DNA of 64,000 nucleotides from Myxococcales bacterium (lineage in GTDB: Bacteria; Myxococcota_A; Polyangia; Polyangiales; DASUME01). Below the pieces are notes generated by a model that was not told where the DNA came from, made no database searches, and saw only the letters and a program-made list of their open reading frames with translations. The DNA is taken from the NCBI GenBank assembly GCA_047601445.1, contig JASGJH010000001.1:8224001-8288000 (forward strand), written 5' to 3'. The translations under genes and the position numbers were made by a program. Below, in pieces: positions 9,811-19,464 of the stretch (positions are counted from its first letter, which is position 1; the number at the start of each line of letters is the position of its first letter).

Positions 9811-10885
9811 ATGACCTCGAGCGAACTCGACGCCTCCGGACTTCCGAGCGAAGCGAACCTGGATACCACCCAGGCGGACGAGGCGTCTGTCGAGGAGGAC
9901 AGGCCGCGCATCAGCCGTTTGAGTAGTCTGTTCCCCGTGGCCGAGGCGCTGTTGGCCGCGGCCCACTCGGATCGACCGCCTTCGAGCGTGGAGCACGAGG
10001 CCATTCGGCGCGTGCTCTGCGAGCTGCTCGGCACCAACTTCCTCCCCCTGCGGCTCGAGCAGCGCATCCAGGCGTTCGACCCGGGCGGCATCGACCTGAA
10101 CCACCTGGCCGAAGAGTTGGCCGAACGACCGGTGGTCGGGCGACGCAGCTTGATCGAGCTCACGCGCGAGGTGTGCGATGCGGATGGCGAGCTCGACCTG
10201 AACGAAGACCGCTTCATGCTGGCCCTGGCGTTGGCGCTCAGTCTCGATCCGGCGGAGGTCGACCATGTGGTCTACGACACGCCGTTCAAGGGCTTGAAGC
10301 GCGTGATCAAGCGCTGGGAGGACCTGGTGATCGGCAGCCTCTGCCTGCTGATCTGCGCGCTGCCCATGCTGTTCATCGCCATGGCCATCAAGTTCACGTC
10401 GCGCGGCCCGGTGCTGTTCCGTCAGCCTCGCCACGGTGAGAACGGCATCGAATTCGAGGTGCTCAAGTTTCGCAGCATGCGCGTGATGGAGACTGGCGAC
10501 GCGGTGAAGCAGGCGCAGAAGAACGACCCCCGCATCACCAAGGTCGGGGCCTTCATTCGGCGCACGTCGCTGGACGAGCTGCCGCAGTTCTTCAACGTGC
10601 TCGCGGGTAACATGTCACTGGTGGGCCCGCGCCCCCACGCCGTGGCGCACAACCAGCTCTATCGCACCAAGATCCTCGAGTACATGCGGCGCCACAAGGT
10701 GAAGCCCGGCATCACCGGTTGGGCCCAAGTCAACGGTCTCCGCGGCGAGACCGACACCCTCGACAAGATGGTGGCGCGCGTGGAGCACGACCTGGTGTAC
10801 ATCCGCAGCTGGTCGCTGTGGCTCGACCTCAAGAATCATCTTCTTGACGGTGTTCGGCCGCAAGGTGCGCGAGAACGCCTACTGA
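9811..10885 (+). CDS. TerB-like domain fused to WcaJ-type polyprenyl-phosphate glycosylphosphotransferase; +1 frameshift near the C-terminus
   Basis: KFRSM, DPRITKVGAFIRRTSLDELPQFFNVL, GPRPHA, VKPGITGWAQVNG. Removing one A at 10834-10835 gives the canonical end LKIIFLTVFGRKVRENAY* (TGA 10883-10885). N-terminus has AAAHSD...E...I and DADGELDLNEDRF TerB-like motifs. Confidence 0.8.
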
Positions 10886-10891
10886 GCTCCC

Positions 10892-12352
10892 TCAAGCGGA
10901 GGCCGCTCGGGGCAGCGCGATGTCGCCCGCGACGTTGGTGGGCTCGTTGGCGGAGCCGCCCACTTCGACCCGATTGCGACCCTCGCGCTTGGCACGATAG
11001 AGGGCTTGATCCGCCGCATCGAGCAGGGCGTCTACGCTGGCGTGGCGCACCGAATAGGCGCACACGCCGAAGCTCGCGGTGACCGGCACGGGAAGATCCA
11101 CGGACGCCACCACCTTGCGCAGCTCGTCAGCCACGTGGGGGGCGGCCTCGGGATCCACGTCCGTGAGCAAGATGCAGAACTCCTCGCCGCCGTAGCGCGC
11201 CACCAGATCGGTGGTGCGTATGCGTCCGCGCAGCGCCTGGGCCACGCGTCGGATCACCTCGTCGCCGCACAGATGGCCCAAGTTATCGTTGATGCGCTTG
11301 AAGTGATCGATGTCCGCCATGACCACGGCGAAGCGCCTGCCGCGTGCTCCCTCCGCCACCAGCAGGCTCAAGCGCTCGCGTAGCGCGCGCTGGTTGGCAA
11401 GCCCCGTGAGCGGATCGGTGCTGGCGAGCTGCTCGAGCTTCTCTTTCGCGCGCTTCACCTCCGTGACGTCGTTGAACGTGATGACACCCCCGCGCACGCG
11501 CCCCTCGGGGTCGCGGATGGGGCGGCCTGTGACGCTCAGGAACGCCCCCTGTGGGAGCGCCGCGTTGCGCACGTAGATCTCGACCTTGTCGGTGGCGATG
11601 CCCCGCACCGCTTGCACCAAAGGCAGCTCGTCGTGGCTCAGGAGCGTGATCTGGTCGGCGCGACAGGCCCGGGTGGCGAGTGGGAAGCTCACTCGGCCAC
11701 GTGCCTGGGAGATGCCCGCCAGCGCCTCGGCCGCCGGGTTCACGAGCACGATGTTGGCGTTTTCATCGGCGACCACGATGCCCTCGCCAGCGCTCGCCAG
11801 GACGCTGCCCAGGATGGAGGTCTGATTGGCTAGCTCGAGCGAGCGCTGCGCGAGGCTGCGCGAGATGCTGCGCAGTTCGAGCTCGTCGACGGCGATACGC
11901 GCGAGGTCGCGCAGGTTCTCGAGCTCGCCGGGCCCTGGCTCGCGCGGCCGCGTGTCGAGGATGGCGAAGGTCCCGATGTTGTGGCCCTCGGCGGTGACGA
12001 GCGGGGCGGCGGCATAGAAGCGCACGTGCGGCTCGCCCGTGACGAGCGGGTGGTCGGCGAAGCGCGGGTCCGCGAGCGTATCCAGGACCACGAAGGGAGA
12101 GTCTTGCAAGATGGCATGGGCACAGAAAGAGCGTACGCGAGGGAACTCTCGCGGCAGCGTGCCCGAGCGGGCCTTGGCCCACTGACGATGTTCGTCCACC
12201 AGGGACACCATGGCCATGGGCACCGAGCAGATTCGGCAGGCCATGGCAGTGAGACGATCGAAGGCGAGTTCGGGCTCCGAGTCGATCACCTGATGGGCGC
12301 GCAGCGCGTCCAGGCGTCGTGCTTCGTCTGTGTGGACCGCGGCGACCTGCAT
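10892..12352 (-). CDS. GAF-PAS-GGDEF diguanylate cyclase
   Basis: GAF (SFCAHAI...RFYAAAPL), PAS, DPLTGLAN, DIDHFKRIND, ARYGGEEF, ADQALYRAKREGRN. Start 12352 or 12403. Confidence 0.9.
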   Translation of the reverse strand: MQVAAVHTDEARRLDALRAHQVIDSEPELAFDRLTAMACRICSVPMAMVSLVDEHRQWAKARSGTLPREFPRVRSFCAHAILQDSPFVVLDTLADPRFADHPLVTGEPHVRFYAAAPLVTAEGHNIGTFAILDTRPREPGPGELENLRDLARIAVDELELRSISRSLAQRSLELANQTSILGSVLASAGEGIVVADENANIVLVNPAAEALAGISQARGRVSFPLATRACRADQITLLSHDELPLVQAVRGIATDKVEIYVRNAALPQGAFLSVTGRPIRDPEGRVRGGVITFNDVTEVKRAKEKLEQLASTDPLTGLANQRALRERLSLLVAEGARGRRFAVVMADIDHFKRINDNLGHLCGDEVIRRVAQALRGRIRTTDLVARYGGEEFCILLTDVDPEAAPHVADELRKVVASVDLPVPVTASFGVCAYSVRHASVDALLDAADQALYRAKREGRNRVEVGGSANEPTNVAGDIALPRAASA

Positions 12353-12575
12353 GCGCTCTTTCTCGTCGAGCTCTTTCTGTTCGAAGTAGGCGGGGCCGCC
12401 CACAGCTCAGCAGTCGCGACGTGCGCCGAGACGACCGTGCTTACTCGTATCCTAGACAACTCGCGTGGCCGGGGAAAAGCGGCATGTGCAGCGCGCGTTG
12501 CGTGCCCCCGAGATGGGGGCAAGTCGTGATCTTTCACGCGTCGCGCACGATCGCTCGGAACGCACGCGCGCAAGC

Positions 12576-12590
12576 GCGATCGACGTGCCA
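12576..12590 (-). promoter_or_regulatory. Candidate sigma-54 (-24/-12) promoter for the diguanylate cyclase
   Basis: Minus strand TGGCACGTCGATCGC gives GG-N10-GC in an intergenic region, oriented toward the gene. Confidence 0.4.
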
Positions 12591-12743
12591 CGAGTTGGAC
12601 TGCACCCAGCCTTGCGGCACTTCGAATCTCATCGAAGGCATTGATAGCGCTCGAGGGAAGGGTGTTAGATCGCTTGGTCAGCGCGCTCTGCGCGCAAGTT
12701 GAGCACGCCGCGCGCCCTCGGCGCTGGTGGTGGGGGAAAGCCG

Positions 12744-13232
12744 ATGAAGCACGCGATGCGCAGTTCGGAGGTCGAAGCGCGCGGCGCCGCGCGCGAGCAG
12801 ACCGCGGAGGGTTCGAGTGGTGGGGAGGTGCGACGTCAGTCCGGCATCACACAGCGACCCCCAGCTGCCAACCCGGCAAGTCAGACGCCCGAGTGGAATA
12901 CGAGCGTGGTGGCCGACATTCTCGGCTTCGAATACGCGCGTGCGGTGCTCTTCACGGACGGCCAGGGAAAGCTGCTGTTCAGCGGCGGGAGCCTGCAGGC
13001 CACGGTCGAGCTCGCAGAAGCCGCCGACATCGCGCTCGCCGCGCTCAACCAGGGGAGCCAGGCGCTCAACTTCGGGGAGCTCGACACCAGTATCTGGTTG
13101 TGTCGCCAGGGGACGGTGGTCTCCACGTCTTCGTCGCAGGGCGTGAGGGCCCTCGTGCTCGCTCAACCCAACGCCAACCTCGCACAGCTTCTGAGCCACG
13201 TGCGTCGCGTCTTCGCAGGTCGCCATGAGTGA
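12744..13232 (+). CDS. Roadblock/LC7 (MglB-like) domain protein
   Basis: AVLFTDGQGKLL...LVLAQPNANLAQLLSHVRR resembles the roadblock fold; overlaps the next gene's start. Confidence 0.6.
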   Translation: MKHAMRSSEVEARGAAREQTAEGSSGGEVRRQSGITQRPPAANPASQTPEWNTSVVADILGFEYARAVLFTDGQGKLLFSGGSLQATVELAEAADIALAALNQGSQALNFGELDTSIWLCRQGTVVSTSSSQGVRALVLAQPNANLAQLLSHVRRVFAGRHE

Positions 13233-14508
13233 GCAACCGACGGGATGGTTGAAGCGCATGCTCGCTGGCGATGCGTCGCTGGTGCAGCTCCAGGGCAAGC
13301 TCACCGCCGTGGCGGTCGAGCTCGACAACACCACGCGCGCGCTGAAGGTCGAGCAGGATCAGTCGGCCCTCAAGGACAAGGAGCTCGCGGGGCTGCGCGA
13401 GACCCTCGAGAGCAGCGCGAGCCGCGCGGAGCAGCTGAAGCAGGATCTCGCGCGTGCGCAGCGCGAGCTGGAACAAGTGCGGGAGGAGCTTGCCACCGAG
13501 CGCAGTAAGGCCGAGCATCAGCGCGGTGAATTCGAGCGCACGCTGACCGAGAATAAGTCCCACATGGACCGCGTCGTGAGCGAGGCCAAGGCGAACGCCG
13601 AACGAGCCCGACTGCTCGCCGAGGCCGAGAAACTCAAGACGAAGTCCGCCTACTCCCAGGTTCAAGGACTCGAGAAGCGAGCGGAGGGCCTTCAGCAGCA
13701 ATGCAGCGCGCGCGAGCAGGAGCTCTTGCAGGCGCGGACCAGCCTGTCGACGACCCAGGCTCAGCTCGAGAACGTCGGCACGCTGCGCGACGATCTGAAG
13801 AGAAAGAGCGACGAGCTGACCAAGGCCAAGAGCGAGTGGAGCTCCCAGCGCGCGGGTCTCGACGCAACCATTCTCAAGCAGCGCTCGCGCCAGGAAGAAC
13901 ACCTGCAGCGCATGGCGGTGCTGGAGGGCGACCTGGCAGAAGCCATGGAGAAGCAACGTGTGGCCGAGGAGGCCAGCCGCACCGAGAAGCAGGCGGTGGG
14001 CCACGTGCGAGCCGAGCTCGAGCGCCTGCGCAAGGCGCAAGAGCTGCTGGTGCGGGACGAGCGGGTGCGCTGGACGCTGTTGGTCAACCGCATGTGGAAG
14101 GCGCTCGAGCGCTCGCTCGGCAAGGCGGCCCTGGTTTCGTTGGCGGGTGCCCTGGACGGCGACGAGACGCTCGGTCGCCTGTCGAAGGCCAGCACGGCGG
14201 AGCTCGCGGTACCGGGACTCACCCAGGCGTTGGCCACGCTCTCGCCGGGCAGCGACGTCTCCGTGACTCCGCTCGACGAGGGCTTCGAGATTCGCGTGCG
14301 CCGTCCGAGCGCGGCACCGGACGCGTGCGCCCCTGGCTGGCTCGGGGTGTACGCGGTGGAATGTCTCGGCAACATGTTGGGGCGGGGCATGCGGGCCGCC
14401 AGCGTGGCTCAGAACGGCGCCGAAGTGCTGGTTCGGGCCCGCTTCAGGGACGCCGCAGAGTCCGTCCGCGCGCCAGCAGGGAGCGCCGGCCAGCAAGTGG
14501 CCGGCTAA
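13225..14508 (+). CDS. Long coiled-coil protein with small C-terminal alpha/beta (V4R-like?) domain
   Basis: About 280 aa of heptad-rich E/K/Q/L/A sequence, then FEIRVRRP...AC...WLGVYAVECLGNMLG...VLVRARF. Confidence 0.6.
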   Translation: MSEQPTGWLKRMLAGDASLVQLQGKLTAVAVELDNTTRALKVEQDQSALKDKELAGLRETLESSASRAEQLKQDLARAQRELEQVREELATERSKAEHQRGEFERTLTENKSHMDRVVSEAKANAERARLLAEAEKLKTKSAYSQVQGLEKRAEGLQQQCSAREQELLQARTSLSTTQAQLENVGTLRDDLKRKSDELTKAKSEWSSQRAGLDATILKQRSRQEEHLQRMAVLEGDLAEAMEKQRVAEEASRTEKQAVGHVRAELERLRKAQELLVRDERVRWTLLVNRMWKALERSLGKAALVSLAGALDGDETLGRLSKASTAELAVPGLTQALATLSPGSDVSVTPLDEGFEIRVRRPSAAPDACAPGWLGVYAVECLGNMLGRGMRAASVAQNGAEVLVRARFRDAAESVRAPAGSAGQQVAG

Positions 14509-14611
14509 GTACCGGGGGCCGAACCGACGCTCACCTGGGCTCTGCGCCGCTGCCGGGGCGGTCCCTTCGCGCTTGCGCGAGCAGGCCGTTCGCCCCACAA
14601 CCTGGGCCGTC

Positions 14612-15895
14612 ATGTCCTTCCTCGACGAGCTCAAGTGGCGCGGCCTTCTGTATCAGACCACCGGAACCGAGGAGCTCGTGCAGCACCTCGCCAGCCCGGG
14701 GCGCGTCGGCTATTGCGGCTTCGACCCGACCTCCGACAGCCTGCACATCGGGAACTTCATCCCGATCAAGCTGTTGATGCACTTCCAGCGCGCCGGGCAC
14801 AAGCCTGTCGCGCTGATGGGCGGAGGCACCGGCCTGATCGGCGACCCGTCGGGACGCGACAACGAGCGCACGCTGCAGTCGAAGGAGCAGGTCGAGGCGA
14901 ACATCGCTGGCCAGCGCAAGGTGTTCGAGCGCTTCCTCGACTTCTCCGGCAGCACGGGTGCCCAGCTGGTCAACAACAACGACTGGCTACAGAAGCTCGG
15001 CTTCATCGAGGTGCTGCGCGACGTGGGCAAGCACTTCTCGGTGAATGCCATGATCCAGCGCGACTCGGTGCGCACCCGCCTCGAGAACCGCGAGCAGGGC
15101 ATCAGCTACACCGAGTTCAGCTACATGCTGCTGCAGGCCTACGATTACCTGCACCTGCACCGCACGCTCGGCTGCACCCTGCAGATGTCGGGTTCGGATC
15201 AGTACGGCAACGTGGTGGCCGGCATCGATCTGATCCGCCGCCACACCCAGGGCGACAAGCACGAGGCGTTCGGGATTACCGCTCCTCTGCTCACCAAGTC
15301 GGACGGCAAGAAGTTCGGCAAGAGCGTGAAGGGCGCCATTTGGCTCACGGCCGACAAGACCAGCCCGTACGCGTTCTACCAGTTCTGGATCAACAGCGAA
15401 GATGCCGACGTGGGCTCGCTCTTGCGTTGGTTCACCTTCCTCCCTCAGGAGGAGGTCGAGGGCATCGTGTCTGCTCACGAACAGGAGCCGCACAAGCGTG
15501 AGGCCCAGCGCCGGCTGGCGCGTGAGATGACCAAGCTGGTGCACGGTGAGGCGGAGTTGGCGGCGGCCGAGCAGGCTTCGCAGGCGTTGTTCGACGGCGA
15601 GGTGCGCAAACTCGGTGAGTCCCTGCTCGACGAGGTGTTCGCGGACGTGCCTCACTCCGAGCACGACAAGAGCGGCCTGGCGGGCGAAGGGCGAGCCCTG
15701 CTCGATGTGTTGGTGGAGACCAGCTTGGTGCAGAGCAAGCGCGAAGCGCGGCAGTTCCTCGAGAGCGGCGCCGTCTCGGTCAACGGCGACAAGGCCGACT
15801 TGAGTCGCCGGCTGCGCAGCGAGGACCTCCTTCACGGCAAGGCGATCTTGCTCAAGCGCGGCAAGAAGAACTGGCACGTGACCAAGTGGAAGTAG
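14612..15895 (+). CDS. tyrS: Tyrosine--tRNA ligase
   Basis: YCGFDPTSDSLHIGN, ISYTEFSYMLLQAYD, GSDQYGN, KFGKS, C-terminal S4 domain (KRGKKN). Confidence 0.97.
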   Translation: MSFLDELKWRGLLYQTTGTEELVQHLASPGRVGYCGFDPTSDSLHIGNFIPIKLLMHFQRAGHKPVALMGGGTGLIGDPSGRDNERTLQSKEQVEANIAGQRKVFERFLDFSGSTGAQLVNNNDWLQKLGFIEVLRDVGKHFSVNAMIQRDSVRTRLENREQGISYTEFSYMLLQAYDYLHLHRTLGCTLQMSGSDQYGNVVAGIDLIRRHTQGDKHEAFGITAPLLTKSDGKKFGKSVKGAIWLTADKTSPYAFYQFWINSEDADVGSLLRWFTFLPQEEVEGIVSAHEQEPHKREAQRRLAREMTKLVHGEAELAAAEQASQALFDGEVRKLGESLLDEVFADVPHSEHDKSGLAGEGRALLDVLVETSLVQSKREARQFLESGAVSVNGDKADLSRRLRSEDLLHGKAILLKRGKKNWHVTKWK

Positions 15896-15992
15896 CGCGC
15901 GAGAGCGGCTTTGCCGCGTCGAGCACCGGCACGGGCTCGCCTTGCTGGTGCAAGGCTGGCACAGGGCCGTGAGCTGACTCGTCAGCCCACGA

Positions 15993-17351
15993 CTAAATAC
16001 TCTCGAAGTAACGCTTGAGCTCCCAGTCGCTCACGGCCTTGGCGAACTGGCGCACTTCCCACTCGCGCGTGAGCACGTAGTGGTCCACGAACGGCGCTCC
16101 GAGCAGGCTGCGCGCGACCTCGCTCTGCTTGAGCAAGGCGGTGGCGCTGCCCAGATCGGTGGGCAGTCGCTTGCCCTTGCTGTGGGAGGCGTCACCGCGC
16201 TGGGGTTCCCCTGGCTCGATGGCGTGCTCGACGCCGTGGAGGCCTGCCGCCAAGCAGGTGGCCATCGCGATGTACGGGTTCATGTCCGCGGCCGTCTGCC
16301 GGTACTCGATGCGCGTGGCGCTCGGTTTGTCGCCAGGAATCAAGCGAATCGCCGTGGTGCGGTTTTCCACGCCCCAGCTCGGGGTGAGCGGCGCCCACAC
16401 GCCGGGCACGTAGCGCTTGTAGCTGTTGATGGTCGGCGAGTAGAGCGCGGTGAGCTCGTCCATCGCGCTGAGCAGGCCGCCCAAGTAGTGGCGGCCCAGG
16501 GTGGACAAACCGTGGGGCGCCTTGGGGTCGGCGAATAGGTTCTTCTCGCGCGTGGAGTCCCACAAACTCTGGTGCAAGTGCCCGCTCGAGCCGGGGAGGC
16601 TGGGGTTCCACTTGGCCATGAAGGTGACGCTGAGGCCGTGATGGGATGCGACCTCCTTGGCGAGCGTCTTGAAGAGCGCGGCGCGGTCGGCCATGTCGAG
16701 CGCGAGCCCGTACTTGAGCGCGACCTCGTAAACACCCGGGCCGGTCTCGGTGTGCAAGCCCTCGATGGGGATGTCGAAGTTCTCGCAGGCGTCGAACAGC
16801 TCGTGGACGAAGTCCTTGTGCTGACCGGTGCGCAGCCACGAGTACCCGAACATGCCCGGGGTGAGCGGCTCGAGCTGCTGGAAGCCCTTGTTGCGCAGGG
16901 TCTGCGGGGTCTCGCGGAACACCCAGAACTCGAACTCGGCACCGAAGGTGGGCACGTAGCCGGCGGCCTCGGCGCGCGCGACGATGCGCTTGAGCAGGCT
17001 ACGGGGGCAGGCGAAGTGGGCCTTGCCGTCGGTGCCGCGGAAGTCGAGCAGGAATGCGGCCGTGTTGGGCTCGTAGGGCAAGAGTCGGAACGTGCCGGCG
17101 TCGACCTTGGCCAGGATGTCGGGGTAGCCGGACTCGGGGCCGCTCGTGTTGTCGTAACAAACGTCCCCGATGTCCCAGCCGAAGATCACGTCGCAGAACC
17201 CGAAGCCGCTCTCGGCGATGGACCAGAATTTGTCGAGTGAGAGGTACTTGCCGCGCAACACACCGTCGATGTCGAACCCCCCGACTTTGACGCGGCGTAC
17301 GTCGTGGGCGGCGAAGCGTTCGCGGAGCTGATTCAGGTCCATGACTCGCAT
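15993..17351 (-). CDS. Glutamine synthetase family protein (gamma-glutamyl ligase-like)
   Basis: DIDGVLRGK, EFEF, HTETGPGVYE, FMAKW...GSSGHLHQSL, NSYKRY, WGVENRT, RIEYR motifs. Confidence 0.88.
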   Translation of the reverse strand: MRVMDLNQLRERFAAHDVRRVKVGGFDIDGVLRGKYLSLDKFWSIAESGFGFCDVIFGWDIGDVCYDNTSGPESGYPDILAKVDAGTFRLLPYEPNTAAFLLDFRGTDGKAHFACPRSLLKRIVARAEAAGYVPTFGAEFEFWVFRETPQTLRNKGFQQLEPLTPGMFGYSWLRTGQHKDFVHELFDACENFDIPIEGLHTETGPGVYEVALKYGLALDMADRAALFKTLAKEVASHHGLSVTFMAKWNPSLPGSSGHLHQSLWDSTREKNLFADPKAPHGLSTLGRHYLGGLLSAMDELTALYSPTINSYKRYVPGVWAPLTPSWGVENRTTAIRLIPGDKPSATRIEYRQTAADMNPYIAMATCLAAGLHGVEHAIEPGEPQRGDASHSKGKRLPTDLGSATALLKQSEVARSLLGAPFVDHYVLTREWEVRQFAKAVSDWELKRYFESI

Positions 17352-17411
17352 TGTACATGGCTGGCTCGCGTTTTGAACTCAGGTGTAGGGTGCGTGTAGA
17401 CTGCGGAGGCT

Positions 17412-18662
17412 ATGCAGCTCGTGAGAAAGCCAGCCTCGGGCGTGCTCCGATGGACCCTCGCCGTGGTCCTGTGCGCGGCCTGTGAAGGGGCTTCCAAGCG
17501 CCCGCCGTCCGAGGTGTTGGGGGGCGGAGATGGCGGCCCGAAGCCGAGCCGCGACGCGGGGCCCCCGCTCGACTGCCAGACGGCTCTGTCCAACCAGGAC
17601 GCAGACTACGACACCTTCTCGCGCGATACGGGGGACTGCAACGACTGCGATCCGCTGATCAGTCCGGCGGCCTTCGAGGTGCCTGGCAACACGGTCGACG
17701 AGGATTGCGATGGCATGGTGCTCACGGAGCGGCCCGTCTGCGACGCGGAGCTGGAGCCCGAGTCGAACGACCCCGAGGACGCCGCGCGCGCCCTCGGTTT
17801 GTGCTCGTTCACGGGGCAGATTGCGCGCACCTGGGGCGTGCGCCGAGCCGACTGGCGCTTGCTCGACGATGCGGACGAGCTCGAGGATCCGCGCCAGGTG
17901 TGGCTGAGCGATCACTTCGGAGGCGTGCTGCCCCGCGACGGGAAGCGTCTGCTCGTGCTCTCCACGGGTGTGGCCCGCGACGTGGACGATCCCGACTACA
18001 CGCCCAAATGCGACGTCTTCAGCTCGGAGGATCAAGGTGAGGCCGGCTACAGCGGCGGCGTGCCACCGCCCAAGGGCTACCCGGTGGACTCCTCGCTGTG
18101 CACGGCGAAGGCATCGAGCTCCAAGGATGCTCCCGCCTTCAACGACGTCGGCCTCGAGATTTATCTGCGCATCCCGAGCAACGCGCGCAGCCTCAGTTTC
18201 GACTCCATCTTCTTCACCTCCGAGTACCCGAGTTGGGTCTGCACGCCCTTCAACGACTTCTTCGTGGTCTCCATGGACGACGAGGAGAACGTGGTGTTCG
18301 ACGCGCACGGTGATCCGATCGGTGTGAACACGGCGTTGCTCTCGGTGTGCCGCGAGACCACCTTGGCGGCGCGCAAGATCGCCTGCGAGCAGGGGCCTGC
18401 GCTGCTGGCCCACACCGGCTTCGACAAGGACGAGTCGAGTTGTGGGGTTACGACCGAGAACGCGCAGGTGGGTGGGGCGTCTACTGGCTGGCTGCACACC
18501 TCGGTGCCGGTGGATCCGACCCGCGGCTACCTGACGTTGCGTTTCTTGCTGTGGGATAGCGCGGACCCGAACCTCGACTCCACGGTGGCCATCGACAACC
18601 TACAGTTCGAGACGCTCACGCTCGAGGAGCCGAGCACGCGACCCATCAGCGCTGCGCCGTAG
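17412..18662 (+). CDS. Cys-rich lipoprotein with metal-binding repeat and choice-of-anchor-L-like domain
   Basis: LCAAC lipobox; DCNDCDPLISPAAFEVPGNTVDEDCDG repeat; LVLSTG, FFTSEYPSWVCTPFNDFF, DSTVAIDN. Confidence 0.7.
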   Translation: MQLVRKPASGVLRWTLAVVLCAACEGASKRPPSEVLGGGDGGPKPSRDAGPPLDCQTALSNQDADYDTFSRDTGDCNDCDPLISPAAFEVPGNTVDEDCDGMVLTERPVCDAELEPESNDPEDAARALGLCSFTGQIARTWGVRRADWRLLDDADELEDPRQVWLSDHFGGVLPRDGKRLLVLSTGVARDVDDPDYTPKCDVFSSEDQGEAGYSGGVPPPKGYPVDSSLCTAKASSSKDAPAFNDVGLEIYLRIPSNARSLSFDSIFFTSEYPSWVCTPFNDFFVVSMDDEENVVFDAHGDPIGVNTALLSVCRETTLAARKIACEQGPALLAHTGFDKDESSCGVTTENAQVGGASTGWLHTSVPVDPTRGYLTLRFLLWDSADPNLDSTVAIDNLQFETLTLEEPSTRPISAAP

Positions 18663-18790
18663 GAGCGCTGTGGCGCGCTGCCTCATTGGGCAAAGTCGCT
18701 GCGTCGTGGCTGCATGAGTCGAGCGCGCGCTCGGGGAGAGATCGGAATCCAGGTCACGTCGCCAGCCCCACTGCAACTTGCCAGTGTGGC

Positions 18791-18806
18791 TGGCACATGA
18801 CTCGCA
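18791..18806 (+). promoter_or_regulatory. Candidate sigma-54 promoter
   Basis: TGGCACATGACTCGCA (GG-N10-GC) immediately upstream of ATG 18820; would imply a very short leader. Confidence 0.35.
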
Positions 18807-18819
18807 TTGAATCGCAGCC

Positions 18820-19383
18820 ATGGGAAACGCGCAGCGAACGGGTCTTTGGGTGGGACATCCACTCCCTCCCATGTTGGTGGCGTTTCCACTGACCTTCTAC
18901 GCGAGCGCCTGGTGTGCCTTCGCCCTCTACGCCTTGCGGGACGATCCGTTTTGGTGGCTGACCGGGCTGTGGTCGAGCCTGGCCGGCGTGATGACGGCGC
19001 TGCTTGCGGGTGGCGTCGCCCTGCGCGTGTGGCGACTGCGAACGCCTCAGCTGTTGCCGACGCTGATGGGACTCAAGGCCGGTAGGTTGCAGGTGGTCGC
19101 GTTGGGGCTCGTCGCGCTGAACCTGCTGGTGCAGAGGGATCGTTGGGGGGTGGCGGGCGGCGTCACGCTGTTGCGTCCCTTGCGCTCGGGCGAGGTGGAA
19201 ATCGTGCTCCTGCCCGACGCCACCCTGGCTCTGGTGTTGACGGGTGCGGCCCTCTTGTTGGCCGTGTTGGGAGCCCATGGTGGCTTGGCGCGCACCCAGG
19301 TGGAGCCCCAGTCGCCCGCTGCCGAACCGGAACAAGCCCGGCCCGAGCCGCGCAGCTCGCGAACCCCGCTCGTACCCACCTGA
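18820..19383 (+). CDS. DUF2231-like membrane protein
   Basis: GHPLPPMLVAFPL N-terminal motif, about four TM segments, LGAHGG. Confidence 0.7.
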   Translation: MGNAQRTGLWVGHPLPPMLVAFPLTFYASAWCAFALYALRDDPFWWLTGLWSSLAGVMTALLAGGVALRVWRLRTPQLLPTLMGLKAGRLQVVALGLVALNLLVQRDRWGVAGGVTLLRPLRSGEVEIVLLPDATLALVLTGAALLLAVLGAHGGLARTQVEPQSPAAEPEQARPEPRSSRTPLVPT

Positions 19384-19464
19384 GGCAGGAAAAATCCTGA
19401 GATTTCAGCGCGACAATCGGTCGCGTTGCCGGCGCCGCGATCTGCACCAGATCTGGACCCGCCT

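Noticed and set aside
14509..14611. T-box riboswitch upstream of tyrS
   Set aside because: Only about 100 nt of spacer and no T-box consensus or terminator seen.
15993..17351. Canonical glnA (GSI-beta)
   Set aside because: Looks like the shorter GlnA-like gamma-glutamyl ligase subgroup with no adenylylation-site motif; no gene symbol assigned.
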